NCBI GenBank assembly: GCA_947501605.1
Contig: CANMWZ010000015.1
Coordinates: 1 to 64,000 of the forward strand
Direction of reading: 5' to 3'
Source of the DNA: Planctomycetota bacterium
GTDB taxonomy: Bacteria > Planctomycetota > UBA1135 > UBA2386
DNA: 64,000 nucleotides
Below, piece after piece: positions 59,261 through 64,000 of the stretch (positions are counted from its first letter, which is position 1; each line of letters opens with the position of its first letter). Made by a program: the position numbers and the translations under genes. The notes below the pieces were generated by a model. It was not told the DNA's origin. It saw only the letters and a program-made list of their open reading frames with translations, and did not search any database.

Positions 59261-60570
59261 CCGCATCGCCACCCCGCCCCATCCCAGTGCTCACCGGCCG
59301 CAACCTCGCTCCGTTCGAAGCCAGGATCCCCGGCTCCAAGTCCTACACCAACCGCGCGCTGTTGCTCGCGGCGATGCGTATGGGGACGACCGAAGTGATC
59401 GGCGGCCTCGACTGCGACGACACACAGCGCCTGATGCAGGCGCTCGACGCGTTCGGCGGACTCTCGGTCACGCAGGTGAAGGGCGGCTTCCGAACGGTGC
59501 GCACGCAGCCGCGGCTCACAGCACCAAAGCAAGAGGTGCACATGGGCGCGGCCGGCACGCCAGCGCGCTTCATGCTCGCGTTTGCGGCCGCGGCCGATGG
59601 TGAGACCGTGGTCACCGGCACGCCACGGCTGTGCGACCGTCCGATGGGCGACTTGTTGGCGGCGCTGCGCGCGATCGGCATCCGCTGCGACTGCCTCGCC
59701 AAGCCCGACTGCTTGCCCGTGCGCGTCTACGGTTCGGCGCCGAAGAACCGCAAGTGGCGCATCCACGCCGGCGTCTCGTCGCAGTTCACCAGTTCGCTGA
59801 TCCTGTTCGCGAGCCAGCAGCCCGGCGAACCGATCGAGATCACACTCGAAGGCAACCAGGTGTCGCGACCGTACGTCGAGATGACGCGCTCGATGATGAC
59901 GCAGTGCGGCATCCGCACCGAACGCAAGGGCGAGGACACGATCCTCGTGCACCCAGGGACGCCAAAGCTGGAACGCATCCAGGTCGAAGCCGACGCCAGC
60001 GGCATGAGCTACTTCTTGGCGCTCGCTGCGGTCACCGGCACCACGGTGGTGATCCCCGGCATCGACGACACCTCGGCACAAGGCGACGTCGGACTCGCCA
60101 GAGCGTTGGCGCAGATGGGCTGCAAGGTCGGATTCGAGCCGGGCAGGATCCGCATCCAAGGCGGCCAACTGCGCGGCATCGACATCGACATGGAGACAAT
60201 GCCCGACGTGGTGTTGACGCTGGCGATCGTCGCGGCACGGAGCAAGGGCAGCACGCGTGTCACCAACATCGCCAACCTCCGCGTCAAGGAGTGCGATCGC
60301 ATCCATGCAGCCGCCACCGAACTAACGCGCCTCGGCCAGAAGGCTGAAGAAGGTCCCGACTGGCTTGCGATCCACCCAACCGGCTCGCTGAAGTCTGCCC
60401 TCGTTCACACCTACGACGACCACCGCGTCGCGATGGCATTCTCGATCCTCGGGCTGTTGCACCCAGGCATCGAGATCGAGGACCCAAAGTGCGTCACCAA
60501 GTCGTTCCCTGACTTTTGGACTGAGTTCGACCGCTTCTGCGCGCACCACGACGGAGCCAAGCCAGCATGA
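59257..60570 (+). CDS. aroA: 3-phosphoshikimate 1-carboxyvinyltransferase (EPSP synthase)
   Basis: PGSKSYTNRALL, AGT..RF, RPM, SSQF, SRPYVEMT, LRVKECDR, DDHRVAMAF, CVTKSFP. Confidence 0.93.
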   Translation: MTASPPRPIPVLTGRNLAPFEARIPGSKSYTNRALLLAAMRMGTTEVIGGLDCDDTQRLMQALDAFGGLSVTQVKGGFRTVRTQPRLTAPKQEVHMGAAGTPARFMLAFAAAADGETVVTGTPRLCDRPMGDLLAALRAIGIRCDCLAKPDCLPVRVYGSAPKNRKWRIHAGVSSQFTSSLILFASQQPGEPIEITLEGNQVSRPYVEMTRSMMTQCGIRTERKGEDTILVHPGTPKLERIQVEADASGMSYFLALAAVTGTTVVIPGIDDTSAQGDVGLARALAQMGCKVGFEPGRIRIQGGQLRGIDIDMETMPDVVLTLAIVAARSKGSTRVTNIANLRVKECDRIHAAATELTRLGQKAEEGPDWLAIHPTGSLKSALVHTYDDHRVAMAFSILGLLHPGIEIEDPKCVTKSFPDFWTEFDRFCAHHDGAKPA

Positions 60571-62045
60571 GCGAGCGGCGCGCATTGCTGCTGGTGCTCG
60601 ATGGCGCCGGGTTTCGCACCGACACGCGCGGCAACGCCGTGACCGAGCGGACTCTGCCGAGCCTGTTCGCAACGATGCGCGATCAGGGCTTCGCCGTGCT
60701 GCAGGCCGCGGGGACCGAGGTCGGCCTCGAACCAGGGCAGGTCGGCAACAGCGAGGCCGGGCACATGACGATCGGCGCCGGCGAGGTCGTGCCGGCCACG
60801 GTGCGGCGCCTTCTACTGGCCTACGACGACGGCTCCTGGCAGCGCGATGCCGCGTGGCAGCGCATTGCTGCGGCCGGGCCTCTGCACGTGGTGGGACTGC
60901 TGTCGGACGCAGGCGTCCACGCGCTCGTGCGCACGATCGTCCACGCCGCGACGTTGGCGCAACGGAACGGCTGCAAAGAGATCGTGGTGCACCCAGTGCT
61001 CGACGGGGTGGACTCGCTGGCCGGCACAGCCCTGCAACTGCTTGCCGAGCTGCGGCAGGAGCTCTCGACCTTGCCCGATGTCGCCATCGGCGTGATCCAA
61101 GGACGCAAGACGTTCTGTGATCGCAGCGGCGATCTCGCCGTGTCGCAGCGTTGCGTCGATGCGTGGCTCGGCCGCCTGCCGATGCCGCCCTTTGCCGACG
61201 CAACCCTGGCGCATCATCTCGGCACCGGCCAGAGCGAAGCCTCGTTCGCGCCGCATCTCGACCGCGGCGGCCGCACGATGAGGCCTGGGGAGTCGGTGCT
61301 GCTGACCAGCCATCGAGCCGATCGCGCCCGGCAGATCGCGACCGTGTTGCAGCAGACGCAACCGCTCTGGGCGCTCGTCGATCTTGGAGGTGGCATCACC
61401 GCGCAGCATGTGTTCTTCACGACCGTGCGACGCACGCGCGGGCTCGCCCAAGAACTGCTGCGCCATCGCGTGCCGTCGCTTCGCGTCGCCGAGAAGTGCA
61501 AGTTCCCGCACGTGACGCACTTCTTCAACGGCCTCGACGCGGGTTGCGAAGGCGAAGGCTGCTGCCTGCCAACGATCGCCGATGATCGCATTCCACACGA
61601 GCCGCAGATGTCGACCGAGGCAATCACCGACAGCCTGATCGCGGCCCTCGCTGATCCCGCGCGACGCGCGATCGTCGCCAACTTTGCGAACCTCGACCAG
61701 GTCGGTCACCTCGGCCAACTCGGGCTCGCGGAGCGTGCCGCCGCGAGCGTTGACCGCTGCTACCAGCGCTTGCTCGCTGCGGCCCGGCAGCACAGCGTGT
61801 CGCTGCTGGTGACCGCCGACCACGGCAACGCCGAGGTCATGGAAGACGCCGACGGCAAGCCGTTCGGCTCGCACACCGAGGCGCCGGTGCCGTTCTTCAT
61901 CGCGCCGGCGAACGGCCTCACCGTCAACTGGCGGGCGCGGGAGGGCTCGCTCGCCAACGTCGCGGCGACCTTCCTCGATGCGATCGGACTGCCGGCGCCG
62001 GACTGGATGCAGCCTGGCTGCGCCACCCTGCGTGGGCGCTCGTGA
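60567..62045 (+). CDS. gpmI: 2,3-bisphosphoglycerate-independent phosphoglycerate mutase-like protein (divergent)
   Basis: LVLDG.G, GQVGNSEAGH, GLLSD.GVH, RADRARQ, HVT.FFNG, NFAN.D.VGH, TADHGNAE, HT. Confidence 0.8.
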   Translation: MSERRALLLVLDGAGFRTDTRGNAVTERTLPSLFATMRDQGFAVLQAAGTEVGLEPGQVGNSEAGHMTIGAGEVVPATVRRLLLAYDDGSWQRDAAWQRIAAAGPLHVVGLLSDAGVHALVRTIVHAATLAQRNGCKEIVVHPVLDGVDSLAGTALQLLAELRQELSTLPDVAIGVIQGRKTFCDRSGDLAVSQRCVDAWLGRLPMPPFADATLAHHLGTGQSEASFAPHLDRGGRTMRPGESVLLTSHRADRARQIATVLQQTQPLWALVDLGGGITAQHVFFTTVRRTRGLAQELLRHRVPSLRVAEKCKFPHVTHFFNGLDAGCEGEGCCLPTIADDRIPHEPQMSTEAITDSLIAALADPARRAIVANFANLDQVGHLGQLGLAERAAASVDRCYQRLLAAARQHSVSLLVTADHGNAEVMEDADGKPFGSHTEAPVPFFIAPANGLTVNWRAREGSLANVAATFLDAIGLPAPDWMQPGCATLRGRS

Positions 62046-62076
62046 GCGGTTGTATCCCTTTGGCCCACGGTCGCTG

Positions 62077-62919
62077 TCACTTGCGCCGACGGTCGCTCTT
62101 GTCGTCGCTATCGGACTTGCTACCGCCGGCCTTCTTGTTGTTGCCCGCCTGCGGCAGCGGATTGCGATCGAGCCACGCCTTGGCCTCCGGCAGCGTGCTG
62201 AAGCGCTGCCCGGTGATCGCAAACACCGCCTCCTTCACCTTGCTCCGCCACACCGACCACGACTTCCATCGTGCTTCCCAATACTCCTTTGGCGGATTCT
62301 CAGCATGGTCGACGTTGGACGGCACCGGCTCGTCCAAGTGACGCAGCAACAGCGGCAGCGCTGCCGCTTCGGCCTTGGCCATCGCGAGGTCGAGTACCGC
62401 CTCCTGAAGCGGCACGCGCTCGACGGTGAAGTCGCGCTCGAACAGCGGCTCCAGGCTTTTCCACTGGCGGCTGTCGTAGTCGCAACGCGACAGGCCGCGA
62501 ACCAACTCGGCCGCTACGGCCGACTGCTCGGTCACCTTCGGCTTCGCCAGCAACTTCTCGATCGCCGCACTCGCTGCCGCAGCCGGCTGATTGGCGATCA
62601 GTTCTGCTGCACGTTTGCGCAACACTATCGACTTCTCCGTCTCGACCAGCTTCGCCAACGGTGCGACCAGGGACGCGTGGGTGCCCTCCGCCAGCGCCTC
62701 GAGCGCGCGCGACTTGGTCGCCATCGACGTCGCACCCTTCAGCGTCTTGGCAAACGCATCGAGCGCGGCCTTGGCCTGCTCGTCGTCCCACGCGACAGCC
62801 GGTCGCGCGGTTGTGCCTTCGGCTGCCACAGCAGGTGCGGCGTTGCCAGGGTCCTGGCCCGTGGCGGGCGGAGCCGGATCCTGGGCCGCGAACAGGCTGG
62901 TCAGCAACCAAGCGAGCAT
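62077..62919 (-). CDS. Exported HEAT-repeat-like protein
   Basis: Signal peptide (…FAAQ); helical repeats; EAVFAITGQRF…KAWL end motif. Confidence 0.65.
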   Translation of the reverse strand: MLAWLLTSLFAAQDPAPPATGQDPGNAAPAVAAEGTTARPAVAWDDEQAKAALDAFAKTLKGATSMATKSRALEALAEGTHASLVAPLAKLVETEKSIVLRKRAAELIANQPAAAASAAIEKLLAKPKVTEQSAVAAELVRGLSRCDYDSRQWKSLEPLFERDFTVERVPLQEAVLDLAMAKAEAAALPLLLRHLDEPVPSNVDHAENPPKEYWEARWKSWSVWRSKVKEAVFAITGQRFSTLPEAKAWLDRNPLPQAGNNKKAGGSKSDSDDKSDRRRK

Positions 62920-62950
62920 TGGTAGAGTCTATGCCGACGCCGTTGCGCCG

Positions 62951-64000
62951 TCACTCCACGTGGATGTGGCGACCACCATTCTCGTTTGCCAGCGCCTTCA
63001 AGAACTCGGTGTCGTTCTGCGCGCCGAAGGTGATGCAGTGGATCGCGATGCGGCGCAGGTTGTTGGTCTCACGCACTCGGCGGCGGATCTCGTCCTTGTC
63101 GACCACCGCCCCGGCAGTCGGCGCCCCATCGCTGATGACGTAGAGGGTGTCGAACCCGGCGGCGTAGTACTTGTCGTGCAAGCCGCGGCCACCGAAGTCG
63201 AGCGCCTTGTCGAGGGCACCGTAGAGATTGGTCGCTCCGCTCGGCCGCAGTGAGTCGAGAAAGCTGCCGAGCAAGTCATCGCGCGTCTCGTCATCGAGCT
63301 TGACCAAGGCCGGTCGATTGCCTTCTTGCCGCCAGACGCGCACGTCATCGCCGAACACCACGACGTTGACCAAGGCGCCGTCGGGCAGCGACACGATGAG
63401 CTTCTTCAGCTCGCTCACGACCACCGCGACCTTGGTTGTGGCGACGCCTTTGCCAGCCGCGGTCGTGTGCGTCTGCAGGGTGATGGGCTCGGCCATCGAG
63501 CCGCTGAAGTCGAGCACGAACAACACGCGATCGGACTCGACCTCGAGGTCGAAGAACTTCTCGTACGGATCGGCCACGGCCCGTTCCCCACCGGGAGCGA
63601 CTTTCGGGCGCACCGCGAAGGTCGGCCCTTCCTTCAGCCAGAACTCCCGCCACGGCGCGATGCCGCCGCGCACCACCTGCTGGCCCGTGAGGCCTTCGAG
63701 CAGCTTGTGCAGTCGCACGTCCATTGCCCACGGGTCCTTCTTCCGCGTGAGCTCGGCGTCGAGGCCGTTGATCAACGCCGGAACCACGGGCTTGCACTTC
63801 ATGTTGGCCAAAGCAAAGGCCGCGGCGTTGCGAACCTGCCACACAGGATCGCGGACCAGCAGTTCTTCGAGCTTCTGGATCGAGCCATCGCGCAGCTGCA
63901 GCGTGTCTGTCGACGGTTGTTGGCCCAGGGTCTCGTCGACATGCGGCTGCAAGGCGGCGCCCAGTGCGTTGCATACAGCAATGCGCACGTTGGGCTCGGC
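62951..64000 (-). CDS. HEAT-repeat plus von Willebrand A domain protein, C-terminal fragment; 5' end lies outside the window
   Basis: HEAT (WQVRNAAAFALAN); MIDAS motif VLDFSGSM, GATN and ISDGAPT; LANENGG. Confidence 0.85.
   Translation of the reverse strand, partial: AEPNVRIAVCNALGAALQPHVDETLGQQPSTDTLQLRDGSIQKLEELLVRDPVWQVRNAAAFALANMKCKPVVPALINGLDAELTRKKDPWAMDVRLHKLLEGLTGQQVVRGGIAPWREFWLKEGPTFAVRPKVAPGGERAVADPYEKFFDLEVESDRVLFVLDFSGSMAEPITLQTHTTAAGKGVATTKVAVVVSELKKLIVSLPDGALVNVVVFGDDVRVWRQEGNRPALVKLDDETRDDLLGSFLDSLRPSGATNLYGALDKALDFGGRGLHDKYYAAGFDTLYVISDGAPTAGAVVDKDEIRRRVRETNNLRRIAIHCITFGAQNDTEFLKALANENGGRHIHVE

Overview
High-GC bacterial chromosomal window. The gene repertoire points to an uncultured Planctomycetota lineage (inference): TIGR02999-type ECF sigma factor, Ser/Thr kinases, HEAT/VWA proteins and exported beta-propellers. 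It holds about 50 CDSs and one tRNA-Thr(CGT). Housekeeping genes include cls, kdsB-pyrG, tsaC/sua5, a pstSCAB-like transporter, aroA and a gpmI-like gene. A 33-46 kb signalling block carries four ECF sigma factors, two anti-sigma candidates and two Ser/Thr kinases. No integrase, transposase, CRISPR array or rRNA was seen. The strongest leads are three. (1) A split ORF at 32166-33140 reads through an in-frame TGA as a signal-peptide-bearing TlpA/thioredoxin-fold protein with a U-G-P-C motif and a downstream SECIS-like hairpin, so it is a probable exported selenoprotein. (2) A phosphonate locus lacks pepM in this window: phosphonopyruvate decarboxylase and AEP transaminase sit between a glutaminase-less asparagine-synthetase-like ligase and a candidate sigma-54 operon of pstSCAB-like genes, aroA and a substrate-site-divergent iPGM. 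(3) An ECF sigma-Ser/Thr kinase fusion exists only because of the length of a (CG)n tract. Start codons were chosen by eye and no database searches were run.
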